This document shows positions 37,546-47,725 of a stretch of 64,000 bases of DNA, piece by piece. The stretch comes from Longimicrobiales bacterium. Its GTDB lineage: Bacteria; Gemmatimonadota; Gemmatimonadetes; Longimicrobiales; Gaopeijiaceae. The notes below the pieces were generated by a model. The model was not told where the DNA came from. It saw only the letters and a program-made list of their open reading frames with translations, and searched no databases. Position 1 is the first letter of the stretch. Each line of letters begins with the position of its first letter. A program made the translations under genes and the position numbers. Location: the NCBI GenBank assembly GCA_965218295.1, contig CBDCKN010000015.1:192001-256000 (forward strand), read 5' to 3'.

Positions 37546-39091
37546 GGTGTTCCTCCAACCGTCTCCGCTGCCACCGGGACAGCGACTCGAAGCCGAGGAG
37601 CGCCACCAAGGAGAGCGTTACGCTCGCCACCACCAGCGCCCACGTGGCTCCCCGCCCCGACGGAGACTCCAGAAGCGAGTAGACTGCGAGGGCGATGGTC
37701 CGGGTCTCGCCTTCCAGGTTGCCGGCCAGAACCACCGTCGCCCCGAACTCCCCCAGGGCCCGGGCGAAGGCCAGCACGCTGCCTGCCGCGATCCCCGGGA
37801 GGGCCAGCGGGAGCGAGATGCGGCGGAAGGTGGGCGCCTTGGGTACACCCAGCGTCCACGAGACCTCCTCGAAGCGCTGATCCACCGTCTCGAAGGCACC
37901 CCGGATGGCCATGACGTAGAGGGGAAAGCCCACCACGAGAGCCGCCACGATGGCGCCCAGGACCGTGAAGGGAACCGGCAGGCCCATGGCGTCGAGCAGC
38001 CTACCCAGGGCCGACTGCCGGCCCAGGACGCTGAGAAGGAGGAAGCCGGTTACCACGGGCGGAATGACCAGGGGCGCCATGAAGAGCATGGAGACGAAGG
38101 TCTTCCCAAAGAAGTCGTGCCGGGCCAGCATCCACCCCACCGCTACGGCAGGGACGAGGCCCAGGACCACCGCCCCCAGGGCCACAATGAGAGAGAGGCG
38201 AACCGCGGACCAGGGATCGAGGGCGAAGCCCGCCTCGGGTGCCTCGGACGCGGCCGCTCCGAACTCTGCCGCGTCCCACACGCCGAAGCCCGACGCGGCG
38301 AAGATGGCCACGGCCGCCGGCCCCTGGAGGAAGCCCACGAACGCGGCCGCCGCCTCGGTGCTGCGCGATCCCGCCGTCACCGTGCCCGGGTACACGACCG
38401 CCGGATAGCCCTCGGAGGGAAACGCGAACGCTATCCGGACCCGGTCCTCGGCGAGAGCGTCGGTCCGGTACACGATGCCCCCGTCGGCCTCGCCCCTGGC
38501 CACCCACTCCAGGGTGCCCCGTACGCTCCCGCCTCGAACGACGCGGTCCTCGACGGCTTCCCAGACCCCGGCCAGGCCCAGGGCGGCCTTCGCGTAGCGC
38601 CCGGCCGGCACGTCCTCGCCGGCCAGGGCCATCCTCCGGAGACTGGAGTCCTCCAGACCTCGCGGATCATCCGGTCCGAAGGCAGCATCCGAGGGCACCA
38701 CGAACACTAGCCGGTTCGTGGCCAGAGAGCGGATCGACGCGGGATCGACGCTCCCCTTCTCCTCGAGCCATCGCATCCAGGCGACGTCGGCCGAGATGAA
38801 GACGTCCGCGGGGGCGCCACGGAACACCTGGGGCGCCAGGCGCGAGGTGGCGTCGAAGTTGAATCGAACCGGGGGCCCACCGGCGCGCTCCCAGGCCCCG
38901 GCCACCTCGGGCAGCACGTCCTGAAGGCTCGAGGCGGCTAGAACCACGAGGGCGTCGGGCTCCTGGGGGGTCCCGGAATCGTCCCACGGACCGCCTCCCG
39001 GAGGGCCGGACGCGGCCGCCAGCCCCTGGGCCGCCGATAGCTGGACAGCTACGGCCCATCGGAGACATTGTTTAGCTTGAAGGAGTGACAA
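37535..39091 (-). CDS. modB: Fused molybdate-binding protein (ModA) plus permease (ModB)
   Basis: N-terminal AASSL, GAPADVFISAD, VPAGRYA, GIVYRTDA; C-terminal PLVIPPVVTG, FARALGEFGAT. Confidence 0.88.
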   Translation of the reverse strand: MSLLQAKQCLRWAVAVQLSAAQGLAAASGPPGGGPWDDSGTPQEPDALVVLAASSLQDVLPEVAGAWERAGGPPVRFNFDATSRLAPQVFRGAPADVFISADVAWMRWLEEKGSVDPASIRSLATNRLVFVVPSDAAFGPDDPRGLEDSSLRRMALAGEDVPAGRYAKAALGLAGVWEAVEDRVVRGGSVRGTLEWVARGEADGGIVYRTDALAEDRVRIAFAFPSEGYPAVVYPGTVTAGSRSTEAAAAFVGFLQGPAAVAIFAASGFGVWDAAEFGAAASEAPEAGFALDPWSAVRLSLIVALGAVVLGLVPAVAVGWMLARHDFFGKTFVSMLFMAPLVIPPVVTGFLLLSVLGRQSALGRLLDAMGLPVPFTVLGAIVAALVVGFPLYVMAIRGAFETVDQRFEEVSWTLGVPKAPTFRRISLPLALPGIAAGSVLAFARALGEFGATVVLAGNLEGETRTIALAVYSLLESPSGRGATWALVVASVTLSLVALLGFESLSRWQRRRLEEHHGR

Positions 39092-39285
39092 GCGACAACC
39101 CGGAGGAGAGTCCCCGGCGAGACAGGTAAGTCTGTCGCACGCAAGGAGTTCTTCTGGTCATAGGCAGTCGGCAGCTTAGGCATCACCTCACAGACCGGCA
39201 AGGACATGCAGGAGGTTTGCGGGCCATGACTCGAGAAACTGAACCCGCCAGTGGCTGAGCAGCCCTCCCCCCCTCGCTCTGCATC

Positions 39286-41130
39286 ATGACCACTGTCCTA
39301 CTCCTCGTAGCACTAGCTCTGGCGCTCGCCGCCGGGTGGGCTCTCATCCAGTTGGCAGAGGCCGGCTCCAGCGGTCCGCCCGCCCCCGCGGGAGGCGACC
39401 TCATGGTGCTGGAGCACTCGCCGGTGGGCGCGCTCCTCCTCGATCCGGCGCTCCGGGTCACCTGGGCCAACGACACCTTCTGCCGCTTCTTCGGACTGAC
39501 CCGGGCCGAAGTCGTGGGACAGAAGATGCCCGACCTCATCCAGGCCCATTTGAAGGGCGCCGTGGCAGAGCCTGCGGCATTCGAGTCCGGTCTCTTGACC
39601 GCCTACGCCCCGGGCGGCACCGCCACGACACTCGAGATCCACATCATCCCGCAGGGCACCCGGCAACACCGGTGGCTCGAGCACGTGAGCCACGTAATCC
39701 GAGAGGGCCAATTAGAGGGAAGCCGGGTCGAGTACTTCGTGAACGTGACACCCCTCAAGCACGCCGCGCTCCATCAGCGGGCCGAGGTGCATCGCCGCAC
39801 GGAGCTCAACCAGACCCTCGTCGACCTGGCCAGACGGCGCACGCTGCACAAGGGGGATCGGGATGGGGCGCTCCGCGAGGTGTCGGAGGCCGCGGTGAAG
39901 ACCCTGGAGGTGGCACGCGCCGAGCTCTGGCGTCTCTCGAAGAATCGCGACCGGTGGACCCTGGACCACTATTACGACTGGGCGACCCGTCGCCACAAGA
40001 GCCCGCCCCACGAGGTGAAGGCCTCGGGGGTACAGGACTACTCAGGAGTGATCGAAGAGGTTCGTGTTCTGGCCGTGCCCGACGCCAGGAACGACCCCAG
40101 GAGCAAAGGGCTCGTCGGGCAAGGCCTTCTGGAGCCTGAGGCCGGAGCCCGCCTGGACGTTCCCGTACGCGTCAGGGGCAAAGTGGTCGCAGCCGCCGTC
40201 CTCGCCCACCACGTGTCCCGAGCCTGGACTTCGGAGGAGGAGCAGTTCGCCGCGTCAGTGGGAGACCGATTCTCCCTGATCATCGAAGCCACCGAAGGGA
40301 AGGAGGAGGCGCACCTGAGCGCGCCACCGGACGCGAGCGCACTACCGGACCCTGGCGCGCTACCGGATCCTAGCGCATTGCCGCACCCGACGGCACGACC
40401 GCGCCCGGCCGAGGAGCTCGATCCCCTGGACGGATTCATACATCTCGACGAGAACCTCCGCTTCACGTACCTCAGCCCCACCGTTCTGCAATGGCTGAAG
40501 GAGCGCGGTCACGACGGTGGAGCGCTGGTAGGGAAAGGGCTCGTGGAGTCACTGAAGAACGTGGGCGACGCCTCCGTCGTGGCCGAGATCCGGAAGGCGG
40601 CCCGGGGTGGGGGGCCGGCACGCATCCGGCGTCAGATCGAGCAAGACGGGCCCTGGCTCGACGTCTACATCAATCCCGTGGAGAACGGCGTGTCGGTCAC
40701 GCTCCAGCACAAGGCGCACCGCTACGAGCAGGAGGCCGAGCGCTTGCTCCGGGAGTCCGAGACCCGCTTCCGCTCCGTGGTGGAGTCGTTGGAGGAGGGA
40801 CTGATCATCACCGACCTCGAAGACCGCATCGTCTACGTGAATCCACGCATCACCGAGCTGACAGGGCATCGCCCGCAGGATCTCGGCGGACGGAACGCCC
40901 AGGAGCTCCTCTTCGACACGAAGAACTGGAAGAAAGCCGATGTGAGAATGGCCGCCCGCAGGGGGCGCAAGCGCATGCAATACCAAGCTTCCCTCCTCCA
41001 CAAGGACGGAGCCGCCATCGACGTGGAAGTCATCTCGAGCCCACTTCACGATGCCGACGGTCACGTGACGGGTGTCGTGGACGCCGTTACCGACATCTCC
41101 GGGCGACTGGCCCAGGAGCAGGGACACTAG
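39286..41130 (+). CDS. Membrane-anchored PAS-GAF-PAS-PAS sensor lacking an output domain
   Basis: N-terminal TM; VTWANDTFC; GAF (LDVPV...WTSEEEQFA); RFRSVVESLEEGLIITD...YVNP; ends VTDISGRLAQEQGH*. Confidence 0.85.
   Translation: MTTVLLLVALALALAAGWALIQLAEAGSSGPPAPAGGDLMVLEHSPVGALLLDPALRVTWANDTFCRFFGLTRAEVVGQKMPDLIQAHLKGAVAEPAAFESGLLTAYAPGGTATTLEIHIIPQGTRQHRWLEHVSHVIREGQLEGSRVEYFVNVTPLKHAALHQRAEVHRRTELNQTLVDLARRRTLHKGDRDGALREVSEAAVKTLEVARAELWRLSKNRDRWTLDHYYDWATRRHKSPPHEVKASGVQDYSGVIEEVRVLAVPDARNDPRSKGLVGQGLLEPEAGARLDVPVRVRGKVVAAAVLAHHVSRAWTSEEEQFAASVGDRFSLIIEATEGKEEAHLSAPPDASALPDPGALPDPSALPHPTARPRPAEELDPLDGFIHLDENLRFTYLSPTVLQWLKERGHDGGALVGKGLVESLKNVGDASVVAEIRKAARGGGPARIRRQIEQDGPWLDVYINPVENGVSVTLQHKAHRYEQEAERLLRESETRFRSVVESLEEGLIITDLEDRIVYVNPRITELTGHRPQDLGGRNAQELLFDTKNWKKADVRMAARRGRKRMQYQASLLHKDGAAIDVEVISSPLHDADGHVTGVVDAVTDISGRLAQEQGH
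40327..40386 (+). repeat. 18-bp tandem repeat, about 3.3 units (PDxxAL linker)
   Basis: PDASAL PDPGAL PDPSAL PHP. Confidence 0.7.
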
Positions 41131-42257
41131 CCCCCGTTGGGGCGGTAGCGGAAGAGGACGGTGACGCCGTAGCGCTGGTAGTACTGGTCGCCCACGTCGG
41201 TCTCCGCGCGCGTCCAGCCGAACTGGAGGGCGGTGTCGAGGTTGGCTGCCACCGGACGGCTCAGGGTCAGATAGGCCTGCGAGGCGTTGTCCGCCTCCTC
41301 ACCAGGCACCAGCCGCACGAACTCGGTCTCGAACAGGTAGCTCTTCCCGGTCACCACGAGAAAGCCATCGGCGATGACGGACCAGGGCAAGGGATAGGTG
41401 ATCTGCGTCCGGAAGGCCAAGGCGTCGTACTCCGGCCGTCGGGAGTTGGATCGATTCCGAGTCCCCTCGACGCCCACGTCGACGAGAAGGGCCTCGCCGA
41501 GGTAGGTCCACGCGGCTCCGACCTTCAGCGTATGATCCCGCCGGAACGGATCGTCGGGATCGAAGCTCCCCTGCTGCGGATACGTCGAGCGCTCGAACTC
41601 CCCGAAGAGCCTGAGCCTCCAGTCGCGGCGGCTCAGCCAGTTCACGCCCAGCTCGGCCGACGCTCCGCGCCGGTCCAGGAGCTTGAGCTGCGGAACCGGG
41701 TCGACGCCCTGGTAGTTCTCGATCTCGCCGTTGAGCCCCACGTCGATCGACAACCCTCCAGCGGCCAGGTACCGCACGAGCGCACCCCCGGTCCACTGCT
41801 TGTAGCCGGGCTGGAGGAAGAGCGGCATCGGTGGTCGGTCCTCCACCGCACGCCCCTTGAAGCCTCCCATGAGGACCAGGCTGCCCCAGTCCTGGAGCGA
41901 CCGGGAGTAGTTGGCGTCGATGCTGCCGACCCACTCCCTGGGAGCGTAGTCCCGGATCTTGAACCCCGTGGCGGCGAACTGGCGGAGTCCAACGTCCACG
42001 GTGACGTCCAGCAGGCTCCGCTCATGTCCGGGCAGCAGGTCCATCTCCAGGCGCGTGGAGAACTGCCCCACCGCCGCCGCCGCTTCGTTGATGCTGTCCA
42101 CTACTGGGATCGTCACCGCCGAGAGGTTCCCCGAGTAGCCCTCAGCGGCCACGCCGCCCGTGATCAGGAGGTCTCGGATCACCTGGCCACCGGCAGGTGC
42201 GATACCGACCAGGGGCGCACAAAGGGCGCCCAGGACGAAGAAGGCCCGGCTCTTCAT
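41127..42257 (-). CDS. Putative outer-membrane beta-barrel protein
   Basis: Signal peptide, alternating beta-strand pattern, aromatic C-terminal VTVLFRYRP. Confidence 0.65.
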   Translation of the reverse strand: MKSRAFFVLGALCAPLVGIAPAGGQVIRDLLITGGVAAEGYSGNLSAVTIPVVDSINEAAAAVGQFSTRLEMDLLPGHERSLLDVTVDVGLRQFAATGFKIRDYAPREWVGSIDANYSRSLQDWGSLVLMGGFKGRAVEDRPPMPLFLQPGYKQWTGGALVRYLAAGGLSIDVGLNGEIENYQGVDPVPQLKLLDRRGASAELGVNWLSRRDWRLRLFGEFERSTYPQQGSFDPDDPFRRDHTLKVGAAWTYLGEALLVDVGVEGTRNRSNSRRPEYDALAFRTQITYPLPWSVIADGFLVVTGKSYLFETEFVRLVPGEEADNASQAYLTLSRPVAANLDTALQFGWTRAETDVGDQYYQRYGVTVLFRYRPNGG

Positions 42258-43198
42258 CAGGCGTCCACCCCCACCACGTCCCGGAAGCTCACGGCCCGGG
42301 CCCACAGCTGGTCACGGAAGCTCACCAGGTCTGCGCGGAGGCTCTGGAGCCCGCGGATCTGATCCTCCACCGTGCGCAGTCGCTGGACTGCCGTGGAGTC
42401 GCCGGGCGCCACTCCCACCACCGGGTTCGTCTCCGGGCCACGGCCGGGAGATCCCACCGGAAGGCGGTTGTCGTCGAATCGGCCCAGCTCCGAGAGGTTG
42501 TCGCGCCGGCTACGATTGAAGCGCTCCCGCTCCCGCAGAGTGCCGAGTTGGTCGTCGATGTCCGCGATGTTTTCGTCGGTCTGTCGGGCGCGGTGCTCCA
42601 GGAGCTCCGCCTTTGCGAGAATGTCCTCGAAGCCGTCGATGGGATCGATGGTGATGGAGGACATGGCCACGGCCTGCACCGTTACCGTGCTCTCGCGTAC
42701 GAGCTGGTCCCGCTCGAGCTCCAGGTCACCCACGAGGGCGTTGAGGTTGCGGAAGGTCAGAGGACTGGCGGTGTCGGCGGCGGCGACCAGCCGCTCGATC
42801 TCCTGGTCCAGAACCGCGGCGAGGCGCCCACCGGCGCCTTGAGCCGTCCGGGCCCGCTCCTCGTAGCGCTCCGCGGCGGTGCTCCTGGCGCCGGCCAGCG
42901 CCTCGGCCCGGGCGAACCACTGCGTGCGTCCCGCCTCGTCTTCCCGGCCGCGAGCCGCCGCGATGGAGTCCATGACCTCGGTCCACTGTCCGTCGCGGGC
43001 CTCGAAGGCGAAGCGGGCTGCTTCGGCCTCGCTCACGGCCGACCGATAGTCGAGGCGAACCTGCGACAGATTGGGTGGGGTCTGCCCGGAGAGGGTCCCG
43101 GGAGCGGTGATCGCGGCGCACAGAGCCACCACCGTCGTGAGCGTAAGCCTGTCCCGCGGCGCCCTGCGCTCCGTCCGATGCCGAGCCTGGGTCGTCAT
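42257..43198 (-). CDS. Secreted coiled-coil hypothetical protein
   Basis: Signal-like N-terminus, helical heptads, coupled to both neighbours. Confidence 0.65.
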   Translation of the reverse strand: MTTQARHRTERRAPRDRLTLTTVVALCAAITAPGTLSGQTPPNLSQVRLDYRSAVSEAEAARFAFEARDGQWTEVMDSIAAARGREDEAGRTQWFARAEALAGARSTAAERYEERARTAQGAGGRLAAVLDQEIERLVAAADTASPLTFRNLNALVGDLELERDQLVRESTVTVQAVAMSSITIDPIDGFEDILAKAELLEHRARQTDENIADIDDQLGTLRERERFNRSRRDNLSELGRFDDNRLPVGSPGRGPETNPVVGVAPGDSTAVQRLRTVEDQIRGLQSLRADLVSFRDQLWARAVSFRDVVGVDA

Positions 43199-44592
43199 GC
43201 CTCTATGCCGTACTTCTCCAACTTGTAGTAGAACGCGCTGGACTTCAGCCCGAGAAGTCGCGCCGCCTCAGCCTTTACACCGTGCGCCTTCTCAAGAGCC
43301 CTTCGGAGCATCTGCTCCTCCATGGTCCCGACCATGTCGTTCAGGTCCATGCCCGTGTCCGGGAGCTCCGCATCGGGGAACCTCACGAAGCTCTCGCCAT
43401 TGCCCTCGGGGAGCGGGATGTCGTCGGGCTCCAGCATCTCGCCCTCGGCAAGGACCAGGGCCCGCTCCATCACGTTCTCCAGCTCCCTCACATTCCCCGG
43501 CCAGTGGTACGCCGACAGCTTCGCCATGGCGTTCATGCTCACCGAGCGCACGGCGGATCGCGTCCGCTCGCTGAGCTTCTCGATGAAGTACTGGACCAGC
43601 AGAGGCACGTCGGACATTCGGTCCCGTAGCGGCGGGATCGTCAGCGGCACCACGTGCAGCCGGTAGAACAGGTCTTCGCGGAATCCGTAGGAGCGGACGA
43701 GCTCGTCCACCGGGACGTTGGTCGCCACGATGATGCGCACGTCCACGCTGACGGTCTCTTCACCGCCCACGCGCTCAAATTCGCGCTCCTGGAGCACGCG
43801 CAGGAGCCTCACTTGGGTCGACTGGGCGATGGTGGAGATCTCGTCCAAGAAGAGCGTTCCGCCGTCGGCCAACTCGAAGCGTCCATGCCGCTGCTTTTCC
43901 GCACCCGTAAAGGCCCCCTTCTCGTGTCCGAAGAGCTCGGAGTCGAGAAGGCTCTCGGTGAGAGCGCCGCAGTTCACGCGGACGAACGGCCCCTCGGCGC
44001 GCTGCGAGCGGGCGTGGACCGCACGGGCCACGAGCTCCTTCCCTGTTCCCGACTCCCCGTAGATCATGACCGTCGAGTCGCTTCGGGCGACGCGGTCGAC
44101 CATGCGGAATACTTCTTCCATGGGGGGAGAGGCGCCCACCATCTCGCCGTACCGGGCCTCCGCCTCCTCCCGCAGGTAGGCGTTCTCGACCCTGAGGGTC
44201 TCGTTCTCCCGGCGGAGTCGCAAGCGTTCCGCCCGGTCGTTCAGGATCCGGTCCACCTTCACGCCGAACTCCTCGGAGGAGAACGGCTTGGTGATGAAGT
44301 CGATTGCTCCTTGCTTCATGGCCGCCACGGCCTCTTTGATGGTGCCGAAGGCCGTGATGACCATGACCTCCGAGTCAGGTGACATCTCACGCACCTGCTG
44401 AAGCACCTCGAGGCCGTCCATCTTGACCATCTTCAGATCGGTGATGACCAGGTCGGCGCCCTCTTCCTGGAGGAGCTCGAGCCCGCTCTCGCCGTCCCCC
44501 GCCGACGACGTACGATGACCTCGCCTCCGGAGAAGGAGCTCGAGCCCTTCCCGGATGCTGTCGTGATCGTCGATGATGAGAACGCTGGCCAT
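43195..44592 (-). CDS. Sigma-54-dependent response regulator (NtrC/AtoC-like)
   Basis: REC domain, GESGTGKE, GAFTGA, WPGNVRELEN, Fis-type HTH. Confidence 0.95.
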   Translation of the reverse strand: MASVLIIDDHDSIREGLELLLRRRGHRTSSAGDGESGLELLQEEGADLVITDLKMVKMDGLEVLQQVREMSPDSEVMVITAFGTIKEAVAAMKQGAIDFITKPFSSEEFGVKVDRILNDRAERLRLRRENETLRVENAYLREEAEARYGEMVGASPPMEEVFRMVDRVARSDSTVMIYGESGTGKELVARAVHARSQRAEGPFVRVNCGALTESLLDSELFGHEKGAFTGAEKQRHGRFELADGGTLFLDEISTIAQSTQVRLLRVLQEREFERVGGEETVSVDVRIIVATNVPVDELVRSYGFREDLFYRLHVVPLTIPPLRDRMSDVPLLVQYFIEKLSERTRSAVRSVSMNAMAKLSAYHWPGNVRELENVMERALVLAEGEMLEPDDIPLPEGNGESFVRFPDAELPDTGMDLNDMVGTMEEQMLRRALEKAHGVKAEAARLLGLKSSAFYYKLEKYGIEA

Positions 44593-44617
44593 GTCGTGGA
44601 CGGCTGAAGTGTACGGG

Positions 44618-46066
44618 TTACGTGGCCGGAGACATGCTGGAGAGGGGGAGATCCTCCGAGCCGTTGAAATATACGCGGAACTCCGCGCCGCTCCCAAGGG
44701 AATCACCATCTCCGGAGCCATCACCGGTGTAGAGCGTCACGCGTCCTCCGTTGGCGGCGACCAACTTCTGGACGATGGCCAGCCCCAGTCCAGCCCCCTG
44801 CTCCTTGTGCGAGACGAAGGGCTCGAAGATCCGGTCCCGGAGCTCCTCCGAGATGCCCGGACCGTCGTCCTTCACGATGACCCGCACCTCCCCGTAGTGC
44901 GCCTCACAGCTGAGCTTCACGTTGTCACCCGCCTGGGCCGCATTCCGCAGGAGGTTCAGCGTGACCCGCTTCACATGACTCGGATCGGCGTGAGCTACCA
45001 GCGGCTCCGAAGGAAGGTCGACCTCCAGGTGGCAGTTGTCCCTGGTCTCGAGCGCCACGAGCTCGGCCGCCTCCCGTACCGGCTCGCAGACGTTGTGGAA
45101 GCTCACGTTGGGGTCCAGCGGCTTGGCGAACGTCAGGAAATCTTGGATGATGACGTTGAGCGCCTGCACCTCGCTTCGGATCCGCCTAACGAGGCGATCC
45201 CGCTCCTCAGGAGACTCGGCGTCCGCCACCGCCGCGGCGAAGAGCTCGAGGCCTCCCAGGGGGTTCCGGATCTCGTGGGCCACCTGGGCCAGCATGAGTC
45301 GCAGGTGCTCGTCCCTGCGCACGATGCCCACGCGCATGCGCTCCATGGCCCTCGACAGTTGCCTGAGCTCGCGCCCCATCTCCTCTCCCACGGGCTCGGC
45401 CCAGCGGCCTCTCTGGATGCGCAAAGCCACATGGCTCAGACGCTCCAGTGGCCGAGCCACGTTCCTGGACAGGAAGACGGCCATGAGGATCGCCGCCGCC
45501 GTGGCCACTATGGATCCCCACAGGATCCTGTACCTCAGTAGAGCGAGGGGGACCAGGTAGTCGGCCGGCATGCGCACCGCCAGCACGAGGCCGGGGTTCT
45601 GCGTGCCCAGGCCGATGAAGCCGTACTTGTACGGCTGCCCGTCAACGGAGAACAGATCCGATGTCGTCGCCGTGTTCAGGCGCTCCGCCTCACCCATCTC
45701 CTCCCCGTATGCCTCGAAGCGGGTCAGCGACCCGATGGGCACCTCACTCGCGGGTCGGGTCGATACCACGGAGGTGTAGTCGGCCGTGCGGATGATCCAG
45801 GCCTCCGCCACGTAGGCCTGGAGCTGCCGAAGCCTGCTCTGCTGACTCGTGTACGTCCGGAGCTGCTCGTCTCCGGGCCGAAGAGCGGTGAGACCGGAGG
45901 TGGAGAATCCCACCCTCGCGGCCGTTCCCGTCACCTGCCGGAGCTTGTCGTCCATCTCGGCTTCCAGGTCGGCCCGGACGATGAGCCACGTGCCCCATCC
46001 ACCCACGACGGCGAGCACCACCGAGAAGGTCACGAGGACGATGATGAATCGGCGGCGGAGAGACAT
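44618..46066 (-). CDS. HAMP-domain sensor histidine kinase
   Basis: Two TM segments, AHEIRNPL, NLLRNA, DDGPGI, GLGLAI. Confidence 0.94.
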   Translation of the reverse strand: MSLRRRFIIVLVTFSVVLAVVGGWGTWLIVRADLEAEMDDKLRQVTGTAARVGFSTSGLTALRPGDEQLRTYTSQQSRLRQLQAYVAEAWIIRTADYTSVVSTRPASEVPIGSLTRFEAYGEEMGEAERLNTATTSDLFSVDGQPYKYGFIGLGTQNPGLVLAVRMPADYLVPLALLRYRILWGSIVATAAAILMAVFLSRNVARPLERLSHVALRIQRGRWAEPVGEEMGRELRQLSRAMERMRVGIVRRDEHLRLMLAQVAHEIRNPLGGLELFAAAVADAESPEERDRLVRRIRSEVQALNVIIQDFLTFAKPLDPNVSFHNVCEPVREAAELVALETRDNCHLEVDLPSEPLVAHADPSHVKRVTLNLLRNAAQAGDNVKLSCEAHYGEVRVIVKDDGPGISEELRDRIFEPFVSHKEQGAGLGLAIVQKLVAANGGRVTLYTGDGSGDGDSLGSGAEFRVYFNGSEDLPLSSMSPAT

Positions 46067-46125
46067 CGCTCCCTGGCCGCGGGCCTTTCGCCGCCGATCC
46101 AATCGGCCTGGCTCGGCGGCGAGGT

Positions 46126-47100
46126 CTACCCGCACGGAACCCGCTCCACCCGGGGCTCGGGGAAGAGCACCGGCGGAGCCGTCTTCGGCGCCAGCACGAT
46201 GTGGAAGGGCACATGGAGGCGTGCAGCGGGTGAGCAGAAGTCACCGGGAACCCGCTCGACGACCTCGGTAAGCGTCCCGCCATCGATCTGGAGTATGCGT
46301 CTCACCTCCACACTGTCCCCAGCCTCGAAGCGAAGGCCCACGGCGCCGATGACGACCATGTCGCGCTCGAAGTCCACCTCCGGGGGATTCTCCTCGCGGC
46401 CGACGTGGGACCTCCAGAACTCCGGCCATCCCAACTGCGAAGTGAAGGTGAACGATGCGCCGAGCTCGGCGAAGGAGTCCTCGCCCCGGTCCAGCGTCGC
46501 GAACGGCACGCTGCCGGCGTACAGGGACACGAATGTGTCTCCCAACGTGAACTGACTGGCGAGGACGGACACCTGTACGACCCGGCTGGCCGCCGGGTCC
46601 GGGCCGGATCCGGCCGGCGTCAGATTGCTGAAGTCGCCGGACGAGCAGCGTACCCACGTCGCGACTTCGCCCCGTGAGTCGTCCTGGACCATCAGGATCA
46701 CCGTGGTGCGGGTGATCCCGCAGGTCGGAATCAGATCCGGATCGAGCTCGCCGGTAAAGAGCGTCAGCCCCTCCGTCTGGTTGATCTGGGTGATCATTCC
46801 GGCGTAAGCGGAGGCATACGCGGAAGGCTCGCCGGGGCTCTGCATCACGTTCTCTTCCCCCAACACTCCCAGGTACGAGATCCTCTCGGTGAGCTCCCAA
46901 GCCCCCGACGACTCCCAGATCACGGTTTGCTGCAGCTCTCCCTGGTCCACCGCCAACGGAACCAGGAGGGTCACACGAATCTGCCCGAGCTGACCGAAGC
47001 GAAGCGCATCGGGGTCGGGACCCGACCCACCGTCGCACGCTCCTAACAGGGCTGCGGCGATAGGGAGGATTCTATCGATCCGTCTGGGAAACGGGGTCAT
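46126..47100 (-). CDS. Lipoprotein with a PrcB-C-like domain
   Basis: LLGAC lipobox; PEVDFERDMVV..G....G..VEV. Confidence 0.6.
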   Translation of the reverse strand: MTPFPRRIDRILPIAAALLGACDGGSGPDPDALRFGQLGQIRVTLLVPLAVDQGELQQTVIWESSGAWELTERISYLGVLGEENVMQSPGEPSAYASAYAGMITQINQTEGLTLFTGELDPDLIPTCGITRTTVILMVQDDSRGEVATWVRCSSGDFSNLTPAGSGPDPAASRVVQVSVLASQFTLGDTFVSLYAGSVPFATLDRGEDSFAELGASFTFTSQLGWPEFWRSHVGREENPPEVDFERDMVVIGAVGLRFEAGDSVEVRRILQIDGGTLTEVVERVPGDFCSPAARLHVPFHIVLAPKTAPPVLFPEPRVERVPCG

Positions 47101-47138
47101 CCGGAACACCAGTCGAGCATTGAGGGTTCGATCGCACT

Positions 47139-47711
47139 ATGAGCAAACAAACGAATGCAAGGGAGCGACTCAAGACTCTTCTTCTGGAGCGCTCCGTGCG
47201 TGTGGGAGATTTTACCCTCGCGAGTGGAGCCCGTTCGTCCTACTACGTAGACGCCCGCCAGACCACCATGACCGCGGAGGGCCAGCGCCTCACGGGAAAG
47301 GTCTGTTACGACCTCATCGAAGAGGCTGGCTGGGACGTATCCCACGTCGGGGGGCTCACCCTGGGTGCCGATCCGGTCACCTACGCCATCGTCCACCACA
47401 GCTGTGGGCGCAAGCGGGCTCTCGACGGATTCACCGTCCGGAAAGAGGCCAAGGAGCATGGGACGGGACGGCAGATCGAGGGAGGTCTACCCGAGGACGC
47501 CCGGGTGGTGATCATCGAGGATTCCCTCACCAGCGGGGGAAGCGCGCTCAAGGCCATTAAGGCGGTACGCGAACACGGCGCCAGCATCGCCGGTGTCCTC
47601 TGTCTCGTGGATCGCGAGGAGGGCGCCAGGGAGTGCTTGGGCGAGCTGGGCCTACCGCTCGTTGCGGCGTTCACCGGAAGCGAGCTCTTGACCGCCGCTG
47701 GAGCCGCATAA
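47139..47711 (+). CDS. pyrE: Orotate phosphoribosyltransferase
   Basis: FTLASG..S.YY.D, RKEAKEHG, IIEDSLTSGGS. Confidence 0.96.
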   Translation: MSKQTNARERLKTLLLERSVRVGDFTLASGARSSYYVDARQTTMTAEGQRLTGKVCYDLIEEAGWDVSHVGGLTLGADPVTYAIVHHSCGRKRALDGFTVRKEAKEHGTGRQIEGGLPEDARVVIIEDSLTSGGSALKAIKAVREHGASIAGVLCLVDREEGARECLGELGLPLVAAFTGSELLTAAGAA

Positions 47712-47725
47712 GGCAGTGTTGTTCT

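Noticed and set aside
38702..38710. GAACACTAG matching the family A end
   Set aside because: Only 9 nt, inside the conserved ModA coding motif NRLVFV; likely chance
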